A DNA stretch of 64,000 nucleotides from Candidatus Komeilibacteria bacterium (GTDB lineage: Bacteria > Patescibacteriota > Patescibacteriia > UBA1558 > 2-01-FULL-52-15). The notes below the pieces were generated by a model. The model was not told where the DNA came from. It saw only the letters and a program-made list of their open reading frames with translations, and made no database searches. Shown in pieces: positions 24,055-34,387 of this stretch (positions are counted from its first letter, which is position 1; each line of letters begins with the position of its first letter). A program made the translations under genes and the position numbers. The stretch is from NCBI GenBank assembly GCA_043801745.1, contig JAZDLR010000022.1:1960-65959 (forward strand), in the 5' to 3' direction.

Positions 24055-25633
24055 GGATTAATTCCAATTGATATAAGCCCAAATTTTCCGCCTCAAAAAG
24101 CGGCGGACCCAAACGTAGACCATAGTTATTCCATTGCTGATTAAAATAGTCCCGACGTTCACTTGTAACCTGCGGATTTAGAAAATAGACCGGCCAACCA
24201 GCGCGCACTAAAGCCGCCGTTGCTTCCAAATAGCCGCTATCGCCCTGAGGTGTTACAACCGCATAGGTTGGCCATAAATATTTATCCGCCTTCTGGGTCA
24301 TAATTATGGAGTCAGCCGGTATGATTGCTTTGACACGTTCCAAAGTTCTAGTATAAACCTGCAAGTCCCGCCTCTGCTGCCACCACCCCTCCTGCGGCTC
24401 CAGCATCACCCGCTGAAATGAGAACAAACCCAAAGTCAAAACAATACTGACGATAAATAATTTCTGATACCGCGGTAACAATTGCCGGCTTAAGCCAATA
24501 ATAGCCCAAGCAACATAAGGAGCCAATAAAATATAGAGCGGTAATAAATAACGCACATACGAGGTGCCAATAGTCACGGCTCCGGGCTCGGGATTATCTT
24601 GTAGGGCCCAGCTGCCGTAATAGCACAATAGAAAAATCCCCACAAAAAGTGTTAACCAACCATAACGACGATGCCGTTGCTCTTTAAAATTATGCCGTAA
24701 AGACAAAGCGCCGACCAAAGCTAACAGCAAAAAGGGGAACTGCCACCAGACAACATATTGCTCAACCACCCAAAGTATCAACCGCGGATGAAAACCAAAA
24801 GGGAAAAGTAGAGCCGAAACAAGATAAAAAATGCTAGTTGGACCAGTCGAAATTATCTGATTGCCACCGCCCCAAAGTACCGACCAGTGATCCACCACCG
24901 CCAGTAAGGCAACCAGCACGACAGGAATCACGCCTAAGGCTGCCAATAAAATATATTTGGCGAACAACCGCCGCCATTCAATGACAATAAAAGTAGCGAC
25001 AGCAGCTAATATCCAGACCGATTCCGAAGGTCTGACGATTATCGCCCCGGACAGAGTGACTCCCAGCAAAGCGTAATCCCACCAGCGGCGGCGCTGGGAA
25101 ATTTGGTATAAATAATAACTGGCCATCAGCAACAAACTAACAAACAATACGTTGGGCAATAAGCTGCGTTGAGTATAATAAAGCCAGGCCGGATGAAACA
25201 TGGCCACCAAAACTGACCACCAAGCCATTTGGGGCGAAAAAACTTTCTTGATCAACCAATAAAAATGCAGCAAACCTAATAAGGCGAAGAGCAAGGTCCA
25301 ATATGGTAGTAGCACCGTGGAAGTTAAACTACTTAAGAAACCATAGAAAGCAATTAGTCCGACAAATCCGGCCGGTAATAAATATCCGCCCCTGACAACC
25401 GCGCTGCGCGGTGTAACATATTCGCCGGCCACCGGTATGGTCACCGGCAAACCCAGCGGCTGACCCGTAGCCAAACGATAGGCAAAATGATAGTTAATAG
25501 TGGCATCGGGCGATTCAAAAATCTTGGCCGGCCCCCCATTCCAAATTAATATCAGCTGAAGAACAACAAAAATGCCAAAAATCACAAATAGGCCATATTG
25601 TGTCAAGAGTTGAATCTTAAGCTGGTGCCACAT
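24047..25633 (-). CDS. Polytopic membrane protein, possible GT-C-type glycosyltransferase or polymerase
   Basis: More than 10 predicted TM helices. Context in the glycan locus. Confidence 0.4.
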   Translation of the reverse strand: MWHQLKIQLLTQYGLFVIFGIFVVLQLILIWNGGPAKIFESPDATINYHFAYRLATGQPLGLPVTIPVAGEYVTPRSAVVRGGYLLPAGFVGLIAFYGFLSSLTSTVLLPYWTLLFALLGLLHFYWLIKKVFSPQMAWWSVLVAMFHPAWLYYTQRSLLPNVLFVSLLLMASYYLYQISQRRRWWDYALLGVTLSGAIIVRPSESVWILAAVATFIVIEWRRLFAKYILLAALGVIPVVLVALLAVVDHWSVLWGGGNQIISTGPTSIFYLVSALLFPFGFHPRLILWVVEQYVVWWQFPFLLLALVGALSLRHNFKEQRHRRYGWLTLFVGIFLLCYYGSWALQDNPEPGAVTIGTSYVRYLLPLYILLAPYVAWAIIGLSRQLLPRYQKLFIVSIVLTLGLFSFQRVMLEPQEGWWQQRRDLQVYTRTLERVKAIIPADSIIMTQKADKYLWPTYAVVTPQGDSGYLEATAALVRAGWPVYFLNPQVTSERRDYFNQQWNNYGLRLGPPLFEAENLGLYQLELIHD

Positions 25634-25837
25634 ATTATCAGTATACCCCGTGAGATAACTGATTTACAAGTTAATAATATCTTGGGCAGGTTGAGCAGAA
25701 AAACCTTTTTTTGTCGCAAATAAATCCTGCTTGTGTCTATATTTTATTAATTACCTTTTGTCCGGGAAAAATTGTGAAATTATTGGCACTTTTCTCTAAC
25801 AGGATAAATATGTTACACTGGGCGCATTGACAATACC

Positions 25838-27904
25838 ATGAAATTTCTGCTTATTTCCGCTGTATTATTTCTTCTGCTTATTATTCCCTGGCCCTGGACC
25901 GGCCTTCAGCTCCTGGTTACCGTCCTTTATTTGGCCGGTCTGAGTTATCTCTTAGGCTGCAAATATTCACCTACTAATGAGTTAATTTTTCGTTTAGCTC
26001 TAGGTTTATTATTAGTATTGTCATTAATAATGGTCGGCAGTACTATTTTTTTCTATCTGGCCAGCTTAAACTACTGGACTTTACTACTGACTGCAGCTTT
26101 GCCGCCGCTGGCACTGCTTTGGCCCTATCAGGCAAAAATAAAAAAAATTATTGAGCCTAGTAATTTAAAGACCCTACTCCTGCCACTAGTACAGCTTTTT
26201 CTAGGACTTGGTCTACTCTGGGTACTGCAACAACACGCCACGACTGAGCCAATTCAATCTCCCTGGCAAATTTTGCCTGCCTCAATCTGGCCAATCTATA
26301 CTGCTACTTGTTTACTCAGTCTAATTATCGCCACCAGCAGGAAAACTTCAGCCTGGATAAAAATCCTGTCGGCCAGCTGGCAATTATTTATGAGCATCAG
26401 CCTGGTTCTCTGGGTGTATTCTTTGGGCTTTGGTTTTGATCCTTTTATTCATCAGGCCACGGAAAAAATTATTGTGGCTACCGGGACTATCAGTCCCCGG
26501 CCGCTATATTACATTGGCTATTATGGCTTAGTTGTCTGGTTACATTACTGGAGTCAAATTTCCTTATCACTGATTGATAGTTGGCTCTTACCCTGCCTGA
26601 CCGCGCTATTGTTGCCGGCAACAATATATTTTAGCTTCCGCTGTAACTTCCGCAGCGAACCCCGCGCGCTAGCAGTTTTGCCTTTATTTTTTTTGCTACT
26701 ACCTTATCCTTTTTTTATTCAGTCAACGCCTCAAGGGTTATCTCTGCTCTGGAGTCTGCTGATTATTTTACTTAGTTTTTTTTATATTCAGCGTCAGCAA
26801 CTGCCGGCTGTCATAATCTTGTTACTGGCTATCGGCGCTTTAACACTGCATCCACTTTCCGGCATCCCGATGATATTTTACACTGCCATGCTGATTGTCT
26901 ATCACCGCTCTTGGGAAGCGTCTAAATTGCTGCGCTGGCTGCGTTTAACGGTCTATGGTTTATTGGCTGCCCTGGCAGCACTGGCCCTGCCGCTGGTTTT
27001 CACTCTGCAATCACAGCTGACGCCGCTAAATACTAACTCTTTATCTTCTGACGGAACCGGCGGGGTTTCCCTTTGGCAACTTCCGGCTTATTACCGCTTT
27101 ATCCGCTGGGACGACTTACTTTATCTATTTTCAGCTAATAGTAAATTACTGTTTATTTTGCTGGCGTTGCTGGGTTTCTGGTACGTTATCAAGCGCCACC
27201 GGGCTCATTATTTTATAAATTATTTAATTACTTATCTGGTAGTGATTGTTAATTATCTACTATTAAGCTGGTTTATTCCTTTTGATTGGCTGTTACCTTA
27301 TGAGCGTCAATCCTATCCTGAACGAATACTGACGTTAAGTTATTTCTTTCTCTGGCCTTTAGCCTTTATCACTTTCTATTGGCTGACGAAAAAAATACTA
27401 CGGTCGCCGCGGCTAATGCAAATGATCATTGGATTTTTCCTGGCCCTAACTATGACCATTAGCTGGTATCTTAGCTATCCCCGCTGGGATTATTATGCAC
27501 AAAATAAAGGCTTCAATACTAGCAGACATGATCTGGCGGCTGTTACCTGGATTCAAGCCCGAGCTGGTCAGGAATCCTATGTTGTGTTAGCCAATCAGGC
27601 GGTTTCGGCCGCGGCCATACAAACCTTAGGTTTTCAACCCTATTACCGCGGGCACTATCTCTATCCAATTCCGACTGGCGATCCACTGTATCAATCTTAT
27701 CTGGACGCGGTTTATAACCGTCAACCACTAACTAGTGTTTGTCAGGATGTTCAAGCTCTAACGGGAGTTTCCCAAGTGTATCTCGTGGTCAACGATTATT
27801 GGTCAGACTTCCCTGCCACGATTGAAAGATTAAAAAAAACCGCCACCTTGGCTGCGGTAATTGACGGCGGACGAAGCTATATTTTTATTTTGCCGGCAGG
27901 TTAA
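25838..27904 (+). CDS. Large polytopic membrane protein (688 aa), possible glycan polymerase/GT-C
   Basis: Many TM helices. Divergently transcribed from the 24047-25633 gene. Confidence 0.4.
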   Translation: MKFLLISAVLFLLLIIPWPWTGLQLLVTVLYLAGLSYLLGCKYSPTNELIFRLALGLLLVLSLIMVGSTIFFYLASLNYWTLLLTAALPPLALLWPYQAKIKKIIEPSNLKTLLLPLVQLFLGLGLLWVLQQHATTEPIQSPWQILPASIWPIYTATCLLSLIIATSRKTSAWIKILSASWQLFMSISLVLWVYSLGFGFDPFIHQATEKIIVATGTISPRPLYYIGYYGLVVWLHYWSQISLSLIDSWLLPCLTALLLPATIYFSFRCNFRSEPRALAVLPLFFLLLPYPFFIQSTPQGLSLLWSLLIILLSFFYIQRQQLPAVIILLLAIGALTLHPLSGIPMIFYTAMLIVYHRSWEASKLLRWLRLTVYGLLAALAALALPLVFTLQSQLTPLNTNSLSSDGTGGVSLWQLPAYYRFIRWDDLLYLFSANSKLLFILLALLGFWYVIKRHRAHYFINYLITYLVVIVNYLLLSWFIPFDWLLPYERQSYPERILTLSYFFLWPLAFITFYWLTKKILRSPRLMQMIIGFFLALTMTISWYLSYPRWDYYAQNKGFNTSRHDLAAVTWIQARAGQESYVVLANQAVSAAAIQTLGFQPYYRGHYLYPIPTGDPLYQSYLDAVYNRQPLTSVCQDVQALTGVSQVYLVVNDYWSDFPATIERLKKTATLAAVIDGGRSYIFILPAG

Positions 27905-29093
27905 TACAGTCCAACAGCCGTTGCAGATAATTTTTAACGGTAAAGCCAGCGACTGATTGCTGACAGGCTGTTGTCATGGCGCCGATATTTCCCCGACTGT
28001 CAGCCAACTTATTGATCAGTAGGTCTAATTGCCTCCAATTTCCGGCTTCAAAAATCCAGCCATTAAAATCAGGCTTTATTAATTCAGCGGCACCGCCAAT
28101 ATCTGAAGATATCACCGGGATACCCAGGCTTAAAGCTTCCAGAGTGACTGTCGGTGAATTCTCATAACAGGTTGAAGGCATAACTAAGATATCGGTGTGA
28201 GTCAAAATTTCCAACAAATCCTGACGACTACGCCAACCATAAAACTGTATCCGCTCATCTTGCCCGGCCAGTTCCAAAGCTTGATTTAATTTTGGTCCTA
28301 AACCAACTACCCGCAGTCGGACATCGGTCCGCTGTAAGCGGTGAACTAAATCAACTAGCTGCAGAATCCCTTTAGCTTCAGTGATTTGCCCAACGTAGGC
28401 CAAACGCAACTCAGCCGCCGTACTGCGCGTCAGGGCGCGATCGGGGAAATCCACTGGATTGCGCACGACCTGCAAGCATTCAGTCCGGGGGAAAAATCCC
28501 CGTTGCTGATAAAAATTAAGTAGGAATTGTGAGGGTGAAATGACCATTTTAGGTGATCCCAGCAAACGCCGCATCAAACGGGGATAACCCAACAAATTTA
28601 CCAAACGCTGCTGCCAATTATTTTCCTGACCTCTGATGATAATGCCCGAAGGATTATACAACTGCACATCATGAACCGTATGAATGTGAATAATGCCGTG
28701 CCGGCGCAATAAATAAGGGATCAAAAAGCCGATACCCATAAGATTATGAGTAATCACCATGTCGGGTTTTTCTTTAGCTATAACCGAACGGACTGCTAAA
28801 TAGGAATGTAAATTAAAAATATCCAGCAAGTGCCAAACCAAACGTATAATGGCCGGATAAGCGTAATCATTCAGGTAATAATAAAGATTCCAGGGATAAA
28901 AGCGGTAGACTTTGACGCCGCGCGTTTCGCGCGCCCTAGGCCACCAGGAAGACCAACCGGACGGCGGTTGAGTAGAAATAACAAAAACGTGATGCAGGTT
29001 ATCTTTCAAACCTTCGGCTAAGGTGCTGGCAATAATTTCAGCGCCACCACGGACAAAAGGCGGATAGAGATTGGAAATAATGCCTATTTTCAT
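27885..29093 (-). CDS. Glycosyltransferase family 4 (GT-B)
   Basis: C-terminal EALSLGIPVISSDIGGAAELI (EX7E-type motif). Confidence 0.7.
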   Translation of the reverse strand: MKIGIISNLYPPFVRGGAEIIASTLAEGLKDNLHHVFVISTQPPSGWSSWWPRARETRGVKVYRFYPWNLYYYLNDYAYPAIIRLVWHLLDIFNLHSYLAVRSVIAKEKPDMVITHNLMGIGFLIPYLLRRHGIIHIHTVHDVQLYNPSGIIIRGQENNWQQRLVNLLGYPRLMRRLLGSPKMVISPSQFLLNFYQQRGFFPRTECLQVVRNPVDFPDRALTRSTAAELRLAYVGQITEAKGILQLVDLVHRLQRTDVRLRVVGLGPKLNQALELAGQDERIQFYGWRSRQDLLEILTHTDILVMPSTCYENSPTVTLEALSLGIPVISSDIGGAAELIKPDFNGWIFEAGNWRQLDLLINKLADSRGNIGAMTTACQQSVAGFTVKNYLQRLLDCINLPAK

Positions 29094-30229
29094 ACAAATT
29101 CGTTATACACCTGTTCCAGCTTGCGGCCAACGACCCCCCAATCGTAAGTAGTCACCACTTTCTGCCGCCCAGCCTCACCGAACTTAGTGCACATTTGAGG
29201 ATTTCTTAGTAACCAGTCCATATACCTGGCCAAAGTGCCGACGTCTTTCGGTTTGACCAGAAAGCCATTGACCTTTTTTTCAATTAAACTCCGGACCCCG
29301 GGCAAATCGGAAGCAATCACCGCAATACCCGAAGCCATAGCTTCTAATAAAACCAAACCAAAAGCCTCCGAGCCGTCAATGGAAGGCAGAACCACAATAT
29401 CAGCCACGTTATAATACAGCGGCAACTGGTCATTGGCCACAAAACCGGTAAAAATAACTTTTTTCTCCAAACCAAAATTTTGCACTAAGCTAAAATAGCT
29501 GGACAACAAATCACCCGTACCCACAATCACTAAGCGGTAATCATCATGAGAAGCGACCATTTGAAACGCTTTGATCAAATAAGTAATACCCTTAAAATAA
29601 TGAGCCCGGTCTAAAGCGCCGATAAACAGAACAATACGTTTATTTTGCAAACCATGGCGGTCTAATAAACCTTTATCCTTGCGGCGGGGTCTAAAGGTAT
29701 CAGCATCAACGCCAAAAGGTATTTCCCGGAATTTCTGCGGCTCGCAGACTAAACGATTATGCAGTTGAGAGCGGAGCGCATAATCCAGCGACGAAACCAC
29801 GATGGCATCCGCACGGGTCAACACGCGCGGCATAATTTCTGCCGTATGCCAACGAAAAAATTTTTCCGACAGACCCTGACCATGGACATCCATATGGTAA
29901 TGGATGACTAAGGGCGCTTCACTGAAAAAATCCCGTAAATAAATTATTTCCGCCCCGCCGAAAAATGGATAATGTAAATCAATAATATCAAAACCTCTTA
30001 ACTGCCAAAGTAATTGCGGCAAGAAAGCGGCATTGCCATAACGGACCCAGGGCCGTAAACGCCGCACGCTAAAGGGATAAGTTTGATCCAACGTTGGTTT
30101 GGAACTGTACGGCGTAAAAACCGTAACAGCATGTCCCAGTCGGGACAACTGCCAACTCAAATGATAAACAACATTACCCATACCGGCTAAATAGGGCGGA
30201 AAAGTTGATACGATGTGCGCAATCTTCAT
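29090..30229 (-). CDS. Glycosyltransferase family 4
   Basis: LEAMASGIAVIASDLPGVRSLI. Start trimmed to the ATG MKIAHIVS. Confidence 0.7.
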   Translation of the reverse strand: MKIAHIVSTFPPYLAGMGNVVYHLSWQLSRLGHAVTVFTPYSSKPTLDQTYPFSVRRLRPWVRYGNAAFLPQLLWQLRGFDIIDLHYPFFGGAEIIYLRDFFSEAPLVIHYHMDVHGQGLSEKFFRWHTAEIMPRVLTRADAIVVSSLDYALRSQLHNRLVCEPQKFREIPFGVDADTFRPRRKDKGLLDRHGLQNKRIVLFIGALDRAHYFKGITYLIKAFQMVASHDDYRLVIVGTGDLLSSYFSLVQNFGLEKKVIFTGFVANDQLPLYYNVADIVVLPSIDGSEAFGLVLLEAMASGIAVIASDLPGVRSLIEKKVNGFLVKPKDVGTLARYMDWLLRNPQMCTKFGEAGRQKVVTTYDWGVVGRKLEQVYNEFV

Positions 30230-30231
30230 CC

Positions 30232-31290
30232 CTACCAATAGATAATTAGTAAAACCAACCGGCGATACCAGGCGAAAACCGGATTAGCAACGTATCGTAG
30301 CAACCAGGGAGCTAAAGGTTGGAATAATATTTGTCCGGTGAACTCCTGCAACATAACCCGATCGCTGACTTTGCGCTGGCGACCCAATTGCCGCCGTTGT
30401 CGCCAGAGCTTGCCCCACTGCGATCCGGAAAATAACCAAGAATAACTTTTCAATTTAGCCTTTAGCCACTGCCGCTTCCAAGCGAAGAATAACTGACCCA
30501 GCTCCATTACCAGCCAGGCCGGAAATAATAGAACCAAAGTCCCTAAGCGATAATTTTTGGCTCCGACCCATAAACGGTTACGTTCAAAATAGAAGATCTG
30601 GCGCAGGCTGCGCTGAAACTCGTACTGATGATAAACTACGGCGCTAGGTACTAAATAGTTGCGATAACCCGCCAAACGCAAGCGCCAGCCCAAATCTAAA
30701 TCCTCGTGATACATAAACATTTCCGGATCAAACAAGCCACTACCCAACTGTTCAATTACTTCCGGCCGCAACAAGACTGCAGCGCCAGTACAATAATTTA
30801 TTGACCTCGGCGCTACGGCAATCTGCTGATCCGGCCAGCCGTTACCCTCAGTGTAGCCGAAACCTAAATAGTGAATGCGGTTACCCAGTGAATTAATCAA
30901 ACTCTGGTCCGGCCAGAGCAATAATTTAGGCTGCACCGCAGCCGCATCGCTATGCTGCTCCAAAAAATCGACTAATTGGGTCAAGACCCGGTCAGTCAGA
31001 TAAGCATCCTGATTTAATAAAAAAATGTAATCAGCTTGACCCTGTTTAATTATAGCCTCCCAACCCAACTGATTACCGCCGGCAAAGCCCAGATTAGTTT
31101 TCGCTTGAATTAGCCGCACCTGCGGATAGTGCTGCCGGATATAATCAACCGATGTATCAGTTGAATTATTATCAACCACATAGACTAGCCGTTCAATATC
31201 CGGCTGCAGAGTTGTAAAAACAGCCGACAAGCACTGGGGCAAATAGGCTAGACCGTTATAATTGACGATCAGTAGGGCGACGGTTTTCAT
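30232..31290 (-). CDS. Glycosyltransferase family 2 (rhamnosyltransferase-like)
   Basis: LLIVNYNGLAYL..VVDNNSTD. Start trimmed to the ATG. Confidence 0.65.
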   Translation of the reverse strand: MKTVALLIVNYNGLAYLPQCLSAVFTTLQPDIERLVYVVDNNSTDTSVDYIRQHYPQVRLIQAKTNLGFAGGNQLGWEAIIKQGQADYIFLLNQDAYLTDRVLTQLVDFLEQHSDAAAVQPKLLLWPDQSLINSLGNRIHYLGFGYTEGNGWPDQQIAVAPRSINYCTGAAVLLRPEVIEQLGSGLFDPEMFMYHEDLDLGWRLRLAGYRNYLVPSAVVYHQYEFQRSLRQIFYFERNRLWVGAKNYRLGTLVLLFPAWLVMELGQLFFAWKRQWLKAKLKSYSWLFSGSQWGKLWRQRRQLGRQRKVSDRVMLQEFTGQILFQPLAPWLLRYVANPVFAWYRRLVLLIIYW

Positions 31291-31606
31291 GGTCACGCAA
31301 AGCCAGCTCCCGAGTTAAGGTAGTTATTGATCGGTCTAAGGAGTCAAGACGAACAAACAGACGAAACACAGCATACAACAAAACAATGATGGCACCATAA
31401 GTGACTACATCGGCGCCTCGTCCAATATGTAGTAAATCAGCCAAACGGTTCGTCAACTCCGGCCACCAGAAAACAACAGCTACAGCCAGCCAAATAATGG
31501 TCCAGATCCAAGCTAAGCCCAAAGAGATTCTAACCACCCGGCGGCGGCGCCAGATAGCTACTAACGCCAGTAGAGTAATTAAGGAAACCAACAGTGATAA
31601 AGCCAT
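31256..31606 (-). CDS. Small 2-TM membrane protein (DUF2304-like, commonly paired with a GT2)
   Basis: Two hydrophobic helices plus a charged tail. Position immediately upstream of a GT2. Confidence 0.4.
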   Translation of the reverse strand: MALSLLVSLITLLALVAIWRRRRVVRISLGLAWIWTIIWLAVAVVFWWPELTNRLADLLHIGRGADVVTYGAIIVLLYAVFRLFVRLDSLDRSITTLTRELALRDHENRRPTDRQL

Positions 31607-31612
31607 AAATTG

Positions 31613-32287
31613 TTATTTAATTAATCTCTGCTTAAGTAAATCCCCAATAATACGCAAGCCGCCAACCAGACCCTGTCCATAATCATAATAGCGGATTGTG
31701 ACCGGAACTTCCTGATAGCGCCAACCGTGACGCTTAATTTGCATGATTATTTCTGAGGCGTGAGCCATGCGGTCCTGACGGATATCTAGTCGCGCGGCAG
31801 CAGTCGCTCTAAAAGCGCGGAAACCGTTGTGAACATCCGTTAAGCGTAAACCGGAGGTTAAATGTTGAAAAATCAAAGCTGGTTTTTGCAGCAAATATTT
31901 TTTTGTCCAGGGTATATTGTTGACCTGTAAAAAGCGTGAACCCAGCACCAGGTCTAATTCCTCGTTTTGCTGCAAAGGAGCGATCATGGCGGCAATATCA
32001 TTAGGATCCATCTGACCGTCAGCATCAAAATGTACAATAATTTCTGCACCCTGCTGTAAAGCATAGCGCATCCCCGTCAGCAGAGCCGCGCCCTGGCCGC
32101 GATTAAGCGGATGACTTATAACCGTGGTAAACTCCCGGGCAATCTCAGCCGTAGCATCGCCGGAACCATCATCAACCACTACAACTTGATAAGGTAATGT
32201 TCGCAACTGCTCCAAAACCGCCCGCAACCTCCGGTCAGCCACGTTATAAGCCGGTATAACAATATAGATTGAGCTAGTGTTTTCCAT
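31613..32287 (-). CDS. Glycosyltransferase family 2 (polyprenyl-phosphate glycosyltransferase-like)
   Basis: IVIPAYNVADR..VVVVDDGSGDATAEI. Confidence 0.7.
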   Translation of the reverse strand: MENTSSIYIVIPAYNVADRRLRAVLEQLRTLPYQVVVVDDGSGDATAEIAREFTTVISHPLNRGQGAALLTGMRYALQQGAEIIVHFDADGQMDPNDIAAMIAPLQQNEELDLVLGSRFLQVNNIPWTKKYLLQKPALIFQHLTSGLRLTDVHNGFRAFRATAAARLDIRQDRMAHASEIIMQIKRHGWRYQEVPVTIRYYDYGQGLVGGLRIIGDLLKQRLIK

Positions 32288-33416
32288 GAACCTGATTTAG
32301 CACGTTTTGTGTTTGCGCCAGAACTACTTCGGGTGTAAAAGCCGACAAACTGGCCACTCTGTTAGCATTAACAGTTTGTGCCAGTGATTGATCAGTCAGG
32401 GCTCGGACCAAAGCGTCAACCATAGCCGGCCGGTCGCCAATAGTCACCAATAAACCATTCTGACCCGAAGTAATAATTTCAGCATTACCGCCAACAGCTG
32501 TGGCCACAGGTATTAAACCGGCATTCAAAGCCTCCAGCAGCACGTGTGACAATCCCTCATAGGTGCTATTGAGAACAAAAACCCGGGCCGTAGCTAGGCG
32601 CTGCAAGACTTGGTCGTGTGACAATTGACCCAAAACCTCAATAGTAGGGCTAACTTGCGCTGCCTTGACCTGGACTGCTTCCAGCTCCGGACCGTCGCCG
32701 ATCAAGCACAAACGAGCCTCTGGCATCCGGACTAAGACCTCGGGCCAATAACTAATCAACTGCTGGTACTGCTTCCAGGGTACCATACGGCCCACTGACA
32801 CAATTAGCGGCTGCCGTTCTAACCCGGCCACAACCTTCGGCTCAACCGGAGTAAAAGCATTAAAAATAACGGCTATGTCCGCCTCGGCCACTTTCCAACT
32901 TTTAACAATCCCGGCCAAATACTGACTGGGCACTATTACTTTGTCCGCGCGGCGTACCACCCACTGCTGCAATAAACGCATAATTCTTATTCGAACGGGC
33001 AGATTCAGAGCGGTTGAAAACTGCTCTAAAGAATCACGATAACCATATTGCACACCAGCCTGTTCCCAGGCATAATCTCCGGTAACTTTTACGGCCACCG
33101 GTATACCCCACATACCGCCCAGTATTATTGACTGCCAACCGCCGGCAATAGGATTCTGCGCATAAATAACCCCTGCGCCTTGGCAGACACGCCAAAGAGC
33201 CAAAAAATAACGCCAGTGACTGATGATTTTGGAACCGCGCTTTACCCGGATTACAGTAAAAGCAGCGTGAGTTTCGGGAATAATTTCCTCCGAAAAACAG
33301 ACAACTGTTACTTGCTGTCCGTGATTGGCTAACCAACTAGCTAATTTATTACTGAAAATGGCTGGACCGCCGACATCAGGCGGAAAAATACCGGCAGCAA
33401 TAATTACGCGGCTCAT
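32274..33416 (-). CDS. Glycosyltransferase family 4
   Basis: EGLSHVLLEALNAGLIPVATAVGGNAEII. ATGA overlap with the upstream gene. Confidence 0.65.
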   Translation of the reverse strand: MSRVIIAAGIFPPDVGGPAIFSNKLASWLANHGQQVTVVCFSEEIIPETHAAFTVIRVKRGSKIISHWRYFLALWRVCQGAGVIYAQNPIAGGWQSIILGGMWGIPVAVKVTGDYAWEQAGVQYGYRDSLEQFSTALNLPVRIRIMRLLQQWVVRRADKVIVPSQYLAGIVKSWKVAEADIAVIFNAFTPVEPKVVAGLERQPLIVSVGRMVPWKQYQQLISYWPEVLVRMPEARLCLIGDGPELEAVQVKAAQVSPTIEVLGQLSHDQVLQRLATARVFVLNSTYEGLSHVLLEALNAGLIPVATAVGGNAEIITSGQNGLLVTIGDRPAMVDALVRALTDQSLAQTVNANRVASLSAFTPEVVLAQTQNVLNQVHGKH

Positions 33417-34327
33417 AAAGATTGCTTCTGCCAATTATAAGTGCGACGCAATCCTTCATTTAAATTCACCCGCGGCTCCCAGAGTAACTGCTGCCGGGCT
33501 TTCTGAGCGCTGTAAACAAAACGTTTGACTTCTCCTACAATAGGCTCACTATGACGTCTGATAATTTCTTTCTCGTGCAGGGTCTCCAACATTTTTACCA
33601 GATCCATAATCGAGGTTTCCTGATTCGTGCCGAGATTATAAATACCTTCGCGCTCTAAACCTTGAACCAAACCAGTAACCATGTCATCAACGTAGGTATA
33701 ATCTCTGGTCTGCTGACCGTCACCATTGACGACAAATTCCTGACCTTTCAAAGCACAATTAATGAGCAGACTGATGACCCCGGCTTCTCCGGCCGGATCC
33801 TGCCTGGGACCATAGACATTAGCAAAACGGAAAATAGTAACTGGTAAACCGTGAGTCAGTTGATAGAAAAGTAAATAATGTTCCAGGGTCTTTTTGGTAA
33901 TACCGTAAGGATTTATGGGGTGGGTCTGATCACCTTCTTCGGGACGTAAAGTATGCTCCCCGTAAACAGCCGCAGAGGAAGAAAAAATAAGGCGCGGTTT
34001 TCTGGCAGCTGCCGCCTGTAATAACCGCAAGCTGCCAATAACGTTAATCTGCGCGTCGGCAATTGGATCAGCTAAAGCCAGACGTAAATTTTTCTGCGCC
34101 GCCAAATGGTAGATAACCTCCGGCTCAAACTCCTCAATGCACTGCTTGAGGTCAGCGGTCAAAAGATCAATATTGTAGAAAACCGCTTCTGGGGGCACAT
34201 ATTCCCGCTTACCGGTGGACAAATTATCCAAAACAGCCACTTGGTGGCCAAGGGCTAGTAAACGCTCAACAAGATGAGATCCAATGAATCCGGCGCCTCC
34301 GGTGACTAATATTCGCATAATTCTCAA
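33413..34327 (-). CDS. NAD-dependent epimerase/dehydratase (UDP-hexose 4-epimerase-like SDR)
   Basis: ILVTGGAGFIGSHL, YGITK (YxxxK). Confidence 0.7.
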   Translation of the reverse strand: MRIMRILVTGGAGFIGSHLVERLLALGHQVAVLDNLSTGKREYVPPEAVFYNIDLLTADLKQCIEEFEPEVIYHLAAQKNLRLALADPIADAQINVIGSLRLLQAAAARKPRLIFSSSAAVYGEHTLRPEEGDQTHPINPYGITKKTLEHYLLFYQLTHGLPVTIFRFANVYGPRQDPAGEAGVISLLINCALKGQEFVVNGDGQQTRDYTYVDDMVTGLVQGLEREGIYNLGTNQETSIMDLVKMLETLHEKEIIRRHSEPIVGEVKRFVYSAQKARQQLLWEPRVNLNEGLRRTYNWQKQSL

Positions 34328-34387
34328 TAAAAATCGGGCTCGTAATCCAATACTATACGAAACCCGAAAAAAATCAACCTGTCAAAG